A stretch of 64,000 nucleotides of DNA from Candidatus Poribacteria bacterium (GTDB taxonomy: Bacteria > Poribacteria > WGA-4E > WGA-3G): NCBI GenBank assembly GCA_965215265.1, contig OZ244048.1, positions 4,704,001-4,768,000 on the forward strand, given 5' to 3'. The translations under genes were made by a program, and so were the position numbers. How positions within the stretch are numbered: position 1 is the stretch's first letter; every line of letters begins with the position of its first letter. Below the pieces are notes generated by a model that did no database searches, was not told the origin of the DNA, and saw nothing but the letters and a program-made list of their open reading frames with translations. This document shows positions 21,392 to 29,975 of the stretch, in pieces.

Positions 21392-22078
21392 TTGTCTTAT
21401 ACTAAAAACGCAAAAAGGAGAGGAGGGTTTCAAATTAACCATCTACGATTCGCAATGAGTGTCTCTGAAATGCTGATTATGCGGGGGCATGCGTTTCAAA
21501 TTAACCATCTACGATTCGCAATTTTCATGCTCTGCTGTCTGCCAATCTCCCTTAACGCAGAGGCTGAAAATGTTTTTACGCGATGGGATCAAGCTATCTT
21601 TAAAAACGTCTACGATGCCCCGCCGCATCAAGAACCGATCTGGACAATCATGGAGACGGTTACGGAGTTCGGGCATTACCGTGCTGTGATGGGGCTCTCC
21701 ATCCTCCTTATGGCGTACGGTGATGAATCGCACCGTGAAACCGGACAACTTTTATCCAGTGCGTTTTTGGGGACGGGAGTCGTTACGTACGGAATGAAGC
21801 GGCTCATTGGACGAAAGCGGCCGCTTGATGAGACGTTGGGGAATCCCGCTTTCCCGTCGGGGCACACGTCTCTGGCATTTAGTTCCGCAACAATTTTAGG
21901 CTATCGGTATCCGAAGTGGCGAATACCGCTCTATATTGGCGCGGGGCTTGTCGGATTCTCGCGCATCTATTTAGGACGGCATTACGCCTCAGATGTGGTA
22001 GCCGGTGCCGCACTCGGCACCGCGATGGGAATGCTCGTTTGGCATAAGCGCGCAACAGTGTTGCACTGGGAATTTTAG
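21392..22078 (+). CDS. PAP2 family phosphatase (start uncertain)
   Basis: KRLIGRKRP, FPSGH and SRIYLGRHYASD motifs. Confidence 0.9.
   Translation: MSYTKNAKRRGGFQINHLRFAMSVSEMLIMRGHAFQINHLRFAIFMLCCLPISLNAEAENVFTRWDQAIFKNVYDAPPHQEPIWTIMETVTEFGHYRAVMGLSILLMAYGDESHRETGQLLSSAFLGTGVVTYGMKRLIGRKRPLDETLGNPAFPSGHTSLAFSSATILGYRYPKWRIPLYIGAGLVGFSRIYLGRHYASDVVAGAALGTAMGMLVWHKRATVLHWEF
21427..21522 (-). CRISPR. Minimal CRISPR-like unit: two identical 30-bp repeats and one 36-bp spacer
   Basis: GTTTCAAATTAACCATCTACGATTCGCAAT at 21427-21456 and 21493-21522. Reverse complement ends ATTTGAAAC. No cas genes nearby. Confidence 0.5.
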
Positions 22079-22127
22079 GGATGGATGTAGCGTAGAAACA
22101 GAGAGAAGAGAAGAACGATACGGAAAA

Positions 22128-23612
22128 TTACTGAACAAAGGATAGAATTTTTTTCATCTTGCCCGGCTGTGCCCAATTGCATTTTCCTGCACCATTGAGC
22201 TGCCGCAATAAGACTTGAATTTCTGGATCTTCAAGGGCAGTTTTAAGCCGCTGCGCATCCTGTTTGCTCCAGCACGGAATAAAGGCGTGCATTGACTGAT
22301 TGCCTTGCCAAACTTGTCCATCTATATCAGTGAGCACAATCGGACTGAATTCGCTTCTGCCATACGCCTCCCAGATAACTTTGAAAGGCGCAAATGAATA
22401 GGGACCAACCCCGAGCAATGCCCACCAATGCCCCCTATTAATAGCTGCACGGAGGAGTGTTCCTTTCCTTTCTTGAAGCACATCTCGGGTGTTCAAGAGG
22501 TAGTTTTTTAGGTGTTCTTGCATCTGATACCACTCGAGCGGCTTTCCGCTTTCTCGGTGATACGGAAGTAGTACCCACTTGAGCGGTGTTGACACGCTTT
22601 GACGCCAGAGTTCCTTTGTCGCCAACGGGTACAGGAATTCTTCGGGTAGATGCAGCGGTTTCCGCTCAAAAACGAAGACCTTCTTCGCACCACACGGATT
22701 TACCCCTTGCCGCGGTGTTTGCGTTGGTGAAAGTCTAATGTTAATTGCTGCATCTGTCTGCATCTCATCGAGGGTGTCTACTATCCGCCACGGGTCGTCC
22801 TGCGCTTTGAAGGGCAGTGCTTTGTGTTCAAGCCATTTTCCGTGCTGCTCCCGAAAATAACGGACAGGGAAACTCTGGTGCGTATCTAGATGAAACCTTG
22901 CACAGCCATAAGAGGTGCTGACACCTTCAAAAACCCTTGTCTCTGTCCATTCATAGACAGTATCTATAACAAAATTGCGATGATTCGCACGATAATTTCT
23001 AAACCCACGATGTGCACCGTCACCGAAAAAGAGAGACAACGGTAGATAGAAACAGCCAAAACCGTTCTTTTTGAGCAATTTTCCCAGTACAACCTTTAAC
23101 ACAAGTGCGGCGACATCAACACGGGAAGAACCCAAAAGCATCTTCTGTCTATCAGGCACAAGTCCTTCGGCAACAAAAAGCGGTTTAACGCGAGTTTTGT
23201 AATCCGCTGGCAGATCTGTGAAATTTGCCCACGGCGGGTTTCCAATCAGAATATCATAGTGTCTCTCGTGAGTTTCCATGAGTACATCTTGGCAAAACAT
23301 TTGAGAGGTAGGAAAATCTATCCGGAATTCTGTTTTGAGCTGCTCTCGAAACCGCTTAAGATGCGTAGGAACGAGCTCAATGAGAGTCAGACGTGAAAGC
23401 CGTTCGGAAGTGATAGGGATGCCTCTGCTCCGCGCGAGTTGAAGTATCGCGAGGATGAACGCGCCTTGTCCTGCCGTCGGATCGCAGATATACGCGCCAT
23501 CAACCCATGCTTCAAAAACGCGCCATCTATTAATGAGCCATTCTGCCCACTTTAGTGGTGTGAAGACCTGACCGATGGGAAAATCTACTAAATGAGAGAG
23601 TCTGACATTCAT
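22128..23612 (-). CDS. Solitary amino (N6A/N4C) DNA methyltransferase, gamma-class/TaqI-Eco57I-like
   Basis: GQVFTP, DPTAGQGAF (motif I), IGNPPW (motif IV), C-terminal TRD-like region with GPYSFAPFKVIW. Confidence 0.85.
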   Translation of the reverse strand: MNVRLSHLVDFPIGQVFTPLKWAEWLINRWRVFEAWVDGAYICDPTAGQGAFILAILQLARSRGIPITSERLSRLTLIELVPTHLKRFREQLKTEFRIDFPTSQMFCQDVLMETHERHYDILIGNPPWANFTDLPADYKTRVKPLFVAEGLVPDRQKMLLGSSRVDVAALVLKVVLGKLLKKNGFGCFYLPLSLFFGDGAHRGFRNYRANHRNFVIDTVYEWTETRVFEGVSTSYGCARFHLDTHQSFPVRYFREQHGKWLEHKALPFKAQDDPWRIVDTLDEMQTDAAINIRLSPTQTPRQGVNPCGAKKVFVFERKPLHLPEEFLYPLATKELWRQSVSTPLKWVLLPYHRESGKPLEWYQMQEHLKNYLLNTRDVLQERKGTLLRAAINRGHWWALLGVGPYSFAPFKVIWEAYGRSEFSPIVLTDIDGQVWQGNQSMHAFIPCWSKQDAQRLKTALEDPEIQVLLRQLNGAGKCNWAQPGKMKKILSFVQ

Positions 23613-23660
23613 AGCAAAGAGACTATTGAAATCACAAATCTAAAAAACCTATCCACTGCA

Positions 23661-24644
23661 TTAAATTTCATAATGCACCAATTTTCGTGCCGCCTCAGTA
23701 ATCTGTTCTGGGCCGGGAATAACAAAATTTTCCATAACCGGTGCAAATGGCACCGGCACAGGTGCAGCAGCGACGCGCTCAATCGGGGCATCAAGGTAAT
23801 CAAACACTTCGCGTACGACCAGGGCGGCGATCTCGGCACCGAAGCCGGCTCTCCCGACAGCTTCGTGTGCAATGAGCAGCCGGTTGGTTTTCTTCACTGA
23901 ATTGAAAATCGTCTCTTTGTCCAGCGGCATTAACGTCCTTGGGTCAACCACTTCTGCAGAGATGCCCGCTCCGGCCAGTTCATCTGCCGCGGTGAGCGCG
24001 TTCAGAACCATGCGGGAGGTGGCTAGGATTGTGACATCTTCGCCCTCTCGTTTCACATCTGCCACACCGAACGGAATTGTGTATTCTTCTTCCGGAATCT
24101 CTCCTTGTTCGGTGTAGAGCAGTTTGTGTTCAATAAACATAATCGGATTATCGTCGCGAATTGCAGTCTTCAATAATCCTTTTGCATCATAGGGCGTTGA
24201 AGGCATCACAACGAGCAGACCGGGAATATGCACAAACCATGCCTCCAGGCTCTGGGCATGCTGTGCAGCAGAGGAGCGCCCAGCCCCGCCTTGGGTGCGA
24301 ATCACGAGTGGTACATCCAGCTGCCCGCCTACCATATAGCGAATTTTGGCGACCTGGTTAACAATCTGATCCATGCCGACAGCGGTAAAGTCAATATACA
24401 TTAACTCTGCGACCGGGCGCATCCCTGTGACAGCAGCCCCTAATGCAGTCCCTATGATCGCCGCCTCTGAGATTGGCGTGTTTCGGATGCGTTCCTTACT
24501 GAACTCTTGGAGGAGCCCATCAGTGACTTTATAGGCACCGCCATACTCAGCGATATCTTCACCCATGATAAACACAGTCTCGTCACGTTGCATTTCCTCT
24601 CGCAATGCTTCTTTCAACGCATCGCGATAGGTAATTGTTTTCAT
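23661..24644 (-). CDS. 2-oxoacid/acetoin dehydrogenase E1 beta subunit
   Basis: MGEDIAEYGG, NTPISE, AQHAQSLEAW, DAKGLLK, LDAPIERV. Confidence 0.93.
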   Translation of the reverse strand: MKTITYRDALKEALREEMQRDETVFIMGEDIAEYGGAYKVTDGLLQEFSKERIRNTPISEAAIIGTALGAAVTGMRPVAELMYIDFTAVGMDQIVNQVAKIRYMVGGQLDVPLVIRTQGGAGRSSAAQHAQSLEAWFVHIPGLLVVMPSTPYDAKGLLKTAIRDDNPIMFIEHKLLYTEQGEIPEEEYTIPFGVADVKREGEDVTILATSRMVLNALTAADELAGAGISAEVVDPRTLMPLDKETIFNSVKKTNRLLIAHEAVGRAGFGAEIAALVVREVFDYLDAPIERVAAAPVPVPFAPVMENFVIPGPEQITEAARKLVHYEI

Positions 24645-24772
24645 ATTTCGCCTCCTAATTTAATCGGTTTTTAGCCTTTCGTTTGTCTTAGCTCTTTTAG
24701 TCGCTTAAAGCGCTCAACCGAGCGTCGCGTGAAGGTACTTGTAGATTTCGCCAGAGTCTCCTTGGCTATTTC

Positions 24773-26059
24773 CTACCTAACGCTACGGCAGACGTTATCT
24801 GTAAAGCGCACATTTGTAGATGATTCGCCACGGACCAGCGGACACTCACCATGAGCCACGAAGAGATTGTTGCAGAAACTAATATTACAAATCCCGGCAC
24901 TCCGACAGTCCACAGCGGTAGGGTTTCCTATAGTAGATTCTACGATTACCACTTTATTATTATGGAAAACTGTGTCTCTGATACCGCCATTAGCACCACA
25001 GGACCACAAGTGGATGCCCCCGTAACTATTTTTTCTTGCATCGTTGACGCTGAGGTTATAGCGGAGGACGTTATCGTGGAACGTTCGCGCCCCCTCAAAT
25101 TGTGCCAACTGATACCCCGGCCCGTCGTTGTCATGTGAATAGTTATACTGCACAATTGAATTCCGCACACCGCCATCCAGATCGAACCCACCCCCGTCTT
25201 TACTACTTCCGGTGCGGTTGTGATGAGACTCATTCAATTGAATTACAACTTGATTCGCATCCCATGCCCAAATTCCAACGGGGCCACCGCCTTCGTAATC
25301 ATTTAAGCCGCCATTTTCATAGGCATGGCAATGCTCAATCATCGCATCCTCTACTTGTGACAGAACAATACCATTTCCTGAATGGCTCCCCTTGCCTGGG
25401 ATACCCGTATTCCGGTAAACCTCGCAGTGGGCGACATAAACCTTAGTATGCGCATATCCAAGTCGTTCAGGGTTCCAAGCACCGAAGCAGCAGATGCCTG
25501 CATCGCCATTGTCATGGACATTAGCGTGTGTAATCCGGACATCCTCAAATCCACTCCAACTCCCATCTATCGGTTGTGCCATGATGCAAATTCCGGACTG
25601 CTTGAAACCGCACACACTAACTTGATGAACTCGGATATGTGCGAGTTTGATACCTCCGGGCAAGTCAGTGACGAACGAAATGCCAGAACTCGTATTGCTT
25701 GCTTCGCCGGCTCCGACAAAATTGAGTCCTTGGACGTTTATGCCACCGATGTTTTTGGCAAGCAACCCCGGCCCTATACCCGCTTTGAGTGTTGCTCGTC
25801 CATTCCCATAGGAACCAATAGTTATCGGTTTACAGCCACCGGTCGTGTCGGTTTCTGAAAGGATCAGATTTCCGGTGAATGTTTGGTTCGCGTGAAACCG
25901 GACCGAATCACCGGGACGCAACTGGGCAGCATTAACCCGCGCGATGCTTCGCCAGGGATGCGTTTTAGACGAGCCTACGTATGAATCATCTCCAAATTGA
26001 TTGATGTAGTAATCCATATTTTCGTAGGCAGAAACGGTAATACCGCCCTGGTCTGACAC
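24773..26059 (-). CDS. Right-handed parallel beta-helix repeat protein (start may be 26017)
   Basis: PWRSIARVN, PGDSVRF, GPVGIWAWD, DGGGFDLDGG...QYNYSHDNDG. Confidence 0.82.
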   Translation of the reverse strand: MSDQGGITVSAYENMDYYINQFGDDSYVGSSKTHPWRSIARVNAAQLRPGDSVRFHANQTFTGNLILSETDTTGGCKPITIGSYGNGRATLKAGIGPGLLAKNIGGINVQGLNFVGAGEASNTSSGISFVTDLPGGIKLAHIRVHQVSVCGFKQSGICIMAQPIDGSWSGFEDVRITHANVHDNGDAGICCFGAWNPERLGYAHTKVYVAHCEVYRNTGIPGKGSHSGNGIVLSQVEDAMIEHCHAYENGGLNDYEGGGPVGIWAWDANQVVIQLNESHHNRTGSSKDGGGFDLDGGVRNSIVQYNYSHDNDGPGYQLAQFEGARTFHDNVLRYNLSVNDARKNSYGGIHLWSCGANGGIRDTVFHNNKVVIVESTIGNPTAVDCRSAGICNISFCNNLFVAHGECPLVRGESSTNVRFTDNVCRSVR

Positions 26060-26172
26060 TGTATGCCTATCTCGTCATCCAAATATTGAAAATTGGGTTA
26101 GGCAGATTCAATCACTAAATCGCGATGAGATGCTTGAATCCACAAAGATTTTTAGCCAATCCGTTTTTTCTG

Positions 26173-27531
26173 CTAATTTGATGTAACGATTAACCCTTCT
26201 GTTTTCATCCATTCAATTGTCTGTGCAAAGGCTTGTACGGTATGTTCTACATCCGCTTCAGTATGCGCTGCGGTTGTCATGCCGCCGTTGCTGGCAAGAT
26301 CGACTCCGTTAAGCAGTAAGCCACATCGAAGCGGTGTCAGGAGCCGTTCATCGTTGCCACCTTTGAGTTTCCGATAATCCCAATCGTAGGCGTTAAAATC
26401 ACGTGCACGGACATCTTTTTCCCCATGCCCGATAAGCAGTTTGATGCCTGAAAATTCCCCGTAAACTGTCCAATCCAAAAGGTAGGAATCAATCAAAGCG
26501 TTAAGCGCATCCCGTAGTTGCTGTGCAATGCGGTTTGCCTGTTTGTGCGGTTCACCGGTTTTAACAGTGTTGAGCATAGCGATTCCAGCAGCTGCAGAGA
26601 GCGGATTCGCGTTAAAAGTACCCGGGTGAGGCATTTTTAACCCACGTTCCTCTGCTTTCATTGAAATCAATTCCATAACAGCTTTTTTTCCGACGAGTGC
26701 ACCGCCGGGGAGTCCACCCGCTAAAATCTTAGCGAGTGTTGTCATATCAGGGGTGACACCGTAATAAGCTTGGGCACCCCCCGGCGAGACGCGAAATCCT
26801 GTAATCACTTCATCGAAAATCAGGAGAACACCGTAGTCCTGCGTCAGTTCGCGCAGCCGCCGTAAAAACGTACCATCGGTCGGAACAATTCCGAAAGATG
26901 CACCGGTCGGTTCAAGGATTGCACAAGCGACATCGCTGTCATTTTCCAATAGCTGTTCGAGCGCATCAATATCGTTTGGTGGACAAAGGAGTGTTGTATC
27001 CCTTACTTCTTGCGGGATGCCCGGCACTGGCATATCAAAAGGTGGATAGGCACCTAGAATAAGACTATCGTGCCAACCGTGAAAGTGCCCGATAAATTTC
27101 AACACCTTTTTTTTTCCAGTGTAGGTGCGCGCGAGGCGCATCGCCATCAGTGTTGCCTCGGTGCCCGAACTCACAAACCGAATGCGTTCAGCCGACGGGA
27201 TGAGGTGCTTTATCAATTGGCCCCATTCCAATTCCAACGCATGGCACGCGCCATAGTGCGTACCGCGCTCCATTTGTTCCGCCACGGCTCCAACGACTTC
27301 AGATGGACCGTGCCCGAGCAGCAAGGCACCATGGCCAGCCCAATAGTCAATGAATTCTTTTCCATTAATTCCCCACTTCTTCGCACCAGATGCTCTTGAG
27401 ACATAGATGGGAAAGGGATCCATATAACGGCTGTCGTGTGTCACACCATCCGGAAAAAGTTGATTCGCTGCTTGTGAGAGTTCACTGTCTTTTGAAAAGG
27501 TTTTTTGATACCGCTCCACAATTGTTTTCAT
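26173..27531 (-). CDS. Class III aminotransferase (glutamate-1-semialdehyde aminomutase-like)
   Basis: SSGTEAT, GHFHG, FDEVITGFR, AKILAGG, GTFNANP. Confidence 0.9.
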   Translation of the reverse strand: MKTIVERYQKTFSKDSELSQAANQLFPDGVTHDSRYMDPFPIYVSRASGAKKWGINGKEFIDYWAGHGALLLGHGPSEVVGAVAEQMERGTHYGACHALELEWGQLIKHLIPSAERIRFVSSGTEATLMAMRLARTYTGKKKVLKFIGHFHGWHDSLILGAYPPFDMPVPGIPQEVRDTTLLCPPNDIDALEQLLENDSDVACAILEPTGASFGIVPTDGTFLRRLRELTQDYGVLLIFDEVITGFRVSPGGAQAYYGVTPDMTTLAKILAGGLPGGALVGKKAVMELISMKAEERGLKMPHPGTFNANPLSAAAGIAMLNTVKTGEPHKQANRIAQQLRDALNALIDSYLLDWTVYGEFSGIKLLIGHGEKDVRARDFNAYDWDYRKLKGGNDERLLTPLRCGLLLNGVDLASNGGMTTAAHTEADVEHTVQAFAQTIEWMKTEGLIVTSN

Positions 27532-28127
27532 GGTTTTTCCTCAATCGATTTCTTCTGATTCCCATCTGTTTCAGCAGTTTGACGTTGTTTCAGACGTGCT
27601 GCAAGCCGTTGTGCTCGCGTGAGTTTCGGCTCGGCAGGTGTTAATGAATAGTAGTCACACACAATGTCGTAATCGTGTTTAAAGGCAAACGGTGGGAATT
27701 CTTCCTTCGCAAAGAGGCACGCGTCTAAAGCCTCTGCCCCAGCCCTCGGAACACCAGCCACAATGTTGCCGACATACATGATGAGGACAACCGTCCGATC
27801 TGTATTCGGATAAACTCCCAATAATCGTTCTAAGGCAACCTCCACATTGGCTTCCTCTTGGACTTCGCGAACAGCAGCCTCTTCAGGGGTATCACCTATG
27901 TCAATATAGCCCGTTGGGAAACTCCAGAAGCCATGCCGCGGGCTATTTCCACGGCGAATTAGTAGCAGTTTTTCTCCTTGGAATGCAAGTACACCGGCAA
28001 CAGGTTTCGGGTCGCGGTAGAATACGAACCCGCAGCTTGTACAGCCTTGGCGGAGCCTGCCTTCAATATGTTGTTCTATTAGAATCGCTTTACATTTTGG
28101 GCAAAACTTAAATTCTTGATGCCCCAT
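27528..28127 (-). CDS. NUDIX hydrolase with N-terminal zinc ribbon
   Basis: FCPKC...CTSC and Nudix box GYIDIGDTPEEAAVREVQEEAN. Start refined to ATG 28127. Confidence 0.9.
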   Translation of the reverse strand: MGHQEFKFCPKCKAILIEQHIEGRLRQGCTSCGFVFYRDPKPVAGVLAFQGEKLLLIRRGNSPRHGFWSFPTGYIDIGDTPEEAAVREVQEEANVEVALERLLGVYPNTDRTVVLIMYVGNIVAGVPRAGAEALDACLFAKEEFPPFAFKHDYDIVCDYYSLTPAEPKLTRAQRLAARLKQRQTAETDGNQKKSIEEKP

Positions 28128-28418
28128 GGGATGCCTCACCCCAAAATATTTGATAGTATCATACACAAAAAATCGAAGAAAGTCAATAGATTTTATTGCA
28201 GACGCGCCGTTTTCTACCGAAAATCGAGGCAGTGAAAGTAGACAAAATCTAGGAGCTTGAAACTGAAACCGAAACCGATACGGTTTTATCTCGACTTTCA
28301 ATACTCAGAACGGCCGGTTACGTGCGTGCAAAAGTAAAGGCAGATATAGAAATCTGCCCTTACATAAAAAAAGTGGTGTTAAAATGTTATCGGGTTTTAC
28401 AGTCCCGCTTGAGTCTAG

Positions 28419-28512
28419 TGTCGTGCATGCGCGTTCCATCATATCAAATTAACACTTCCGTGCTGTGACATCAATGTCGTGCATGCACGTTCCATCATAT
28501 CAAATTAACACT
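28419..28512. repeat. 38-bp direct repeat pair (1 mismatch) separated by 18 bp
   Basis: tgtcgtgcatgc(g/a)cgttccatcatatcaaattaacact at 28419-28456 and 28475-28512. Confidence 0.9.
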
Positions 28513-28640
28513 CAGTTATGTTTTTGTTAAATGCTGACTTAAGTCCTCTCGTAAAAGAGAAATTTATTCACGCCATTTAGGATAAGCTCTGTTTTATTTT
28601 TTTTGTGATATGCCAAGTTTTTTGGTGTCAATTTGTCGAG

Positions 28641-28668
28641 GCAGAGGCATATTTAAACATGCCTCTGC
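28641..28668 (-). terminator. Terminator-like hairpin after the LamG gene
   Basis: gcagaggcat-atttaaac-atgcctctgc. Confidence 0.6.
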
Positions 28669-28674
28669 ATAAAA

Positions 28675-29469
28675 TTACTGTTGGGAACTCTTAAGCCGTC
28701 CCCATGTGATTGCCAATTTATCGCGTGCTTCGACGCTTAAGAAAGTCCTCATACCATGTTCCATGATGATGTTGACCTCTTCTTCGGATAAGCCGCGCTT
28801 CCAGATGTTTAAATCATCCATCAAGCCGGCGAAGGGGCGATTATTATCTATGTTATATCCCACGCGTGCCCCGTTGTCCCAATCTGGAGCAATAGGGGTT
28901 CCGACGCGTGCCTTCTCTTCACCTGCAGCAACTCCGTTAATGTAGAGGACTGCCAACCCTTCAGCACGGCTGAACGTTCCTGCGTAATGGATCCATTCAT
29001 TGGCTTTATTCTTTCCTGCGCGGATATCGAAAATGGTGGCCCCGCCAGGGCTCCGGTTTAGCCAACGGTAATTGCCATCTCCGCGAGCCTCCGGATGTAC
29101 CAGCCACGTATTATCGCCAGCACGCGCATTGAAAATCGCCATATCCGTAACTGCCTCAACGTGAATCCACGCGACTACGCTCATCCCTTCTGTTGGTATG
29201 TCATCCGGGTTAATATTGGGGCCGTCCAAGTCGAGGAAACTGCCCGAAGCAAAATGGGCGGCTTTCCCAAATTTTCCATCGTTAGACTGCGTTACCTTTC
29301 CATTAATCGCCCCATCATAACCGCGTCCAGATTTTTCAACCACGGTATCCCCATCAAAGTCCTCATAATCAAAGTACAGCACCAAATCTGGATCTAATAC
29401 ATCGGCAGACAAGCTGCCAATGCCAAATACCAAGAAGAGGTACGTTAAAATTACCAAGCTGCATTTCAT
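28675..29469 (-). CDS. Secreted LamG/concanavalin-like domain protein
   Basis: Signal peptide, DLVLYFDY, GKFGKA, WIHYAGTF, LYING, GLMDDL; tail SVEARDKLAITWGRLK. Confidence 0.88.
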   Translation of the reverse strand: MKCSLVILTYLFLVFGIGSLSADVLDPDLVLYFDYEDFDGDTVVEKSGRGYDGAINGKVTQSNDGKFGKAAHFASGSFLDLDGPNINPDDIPTEGMSVVAWIHVEAVTDMAIFNARAGDNTWLVHPEARGDGNYRWLNRSPGGATIFDIRAGKNKANEWIHYAGTFSRAEGLAVLYINGVAAGEEKARVGTPIAPDWDNGARVGYNIDNNRPFAGLMDDLNIWKRGLSEEEVNIIMEHGMRTFLSVEARDKLAITWGRLKSSQQ

Positions 29470-29975
29470 TGTGAAAATCTCCTTTACAAAAATCGTTATC
29501 CTAAATTAAGTTAGTCGATTTCTCTTTATAAGACTGAATGCCTGAGATTCAGGCTTCTGTCAGTCGAGTCCTTGAGAGCGAGCTTGCTTCTCAAAAACAA
29601 CACCAATTTAGTTCATTTGATACTGTCTGTTTAATTTTAACGTATTAAGAATTGAGTTTGCAACCATATATTTCATTTTTTTTGAATCGTCCTTCAGATT
29701 TTTATTCGGTATATTGATATGGCCGGGTCTATGTAATTGTTTTCTGTACGTGCTGTCACAGCCTACTGAGTCTGTCCTATTACACTGTATGTTCCGGAGT
29801 TTTCTCTTGATTTTAATTTTCCTATCTGGTAAATTAACTAATATATCAAATCGGTTAAATTTCGCCTTTATGTCAGTTAAACATGATTAAATTTTTTAGT
29901 ACAAACTAAAATGATTGTGGCAACAAGATTTATGCCAATCTCGCTAACTGAATCAGTAGACAAAACAGTGGTGGT

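Noticed and set aside
21349-21465. 7-bp match (gtgtctc) between the mini-array spacer and the HTH gene RBS region
   Set aside because: Too short to distinguish from chance.
23661-24644. E1-beta gene without alpha/E2 partners, and kdsB-pyrG (31779-34196) without kdsA
   Set aside because: Operons look generally fragmented in this window, so the partners are probably elsewhere; not evidence of novelty.
29530-29600. Hairpin-rich leader of the LamG gene containing GAATCTCAGG
   Set aside because: It does not fit a riboswitch consensus I can verify; an Rfam scan is needed.
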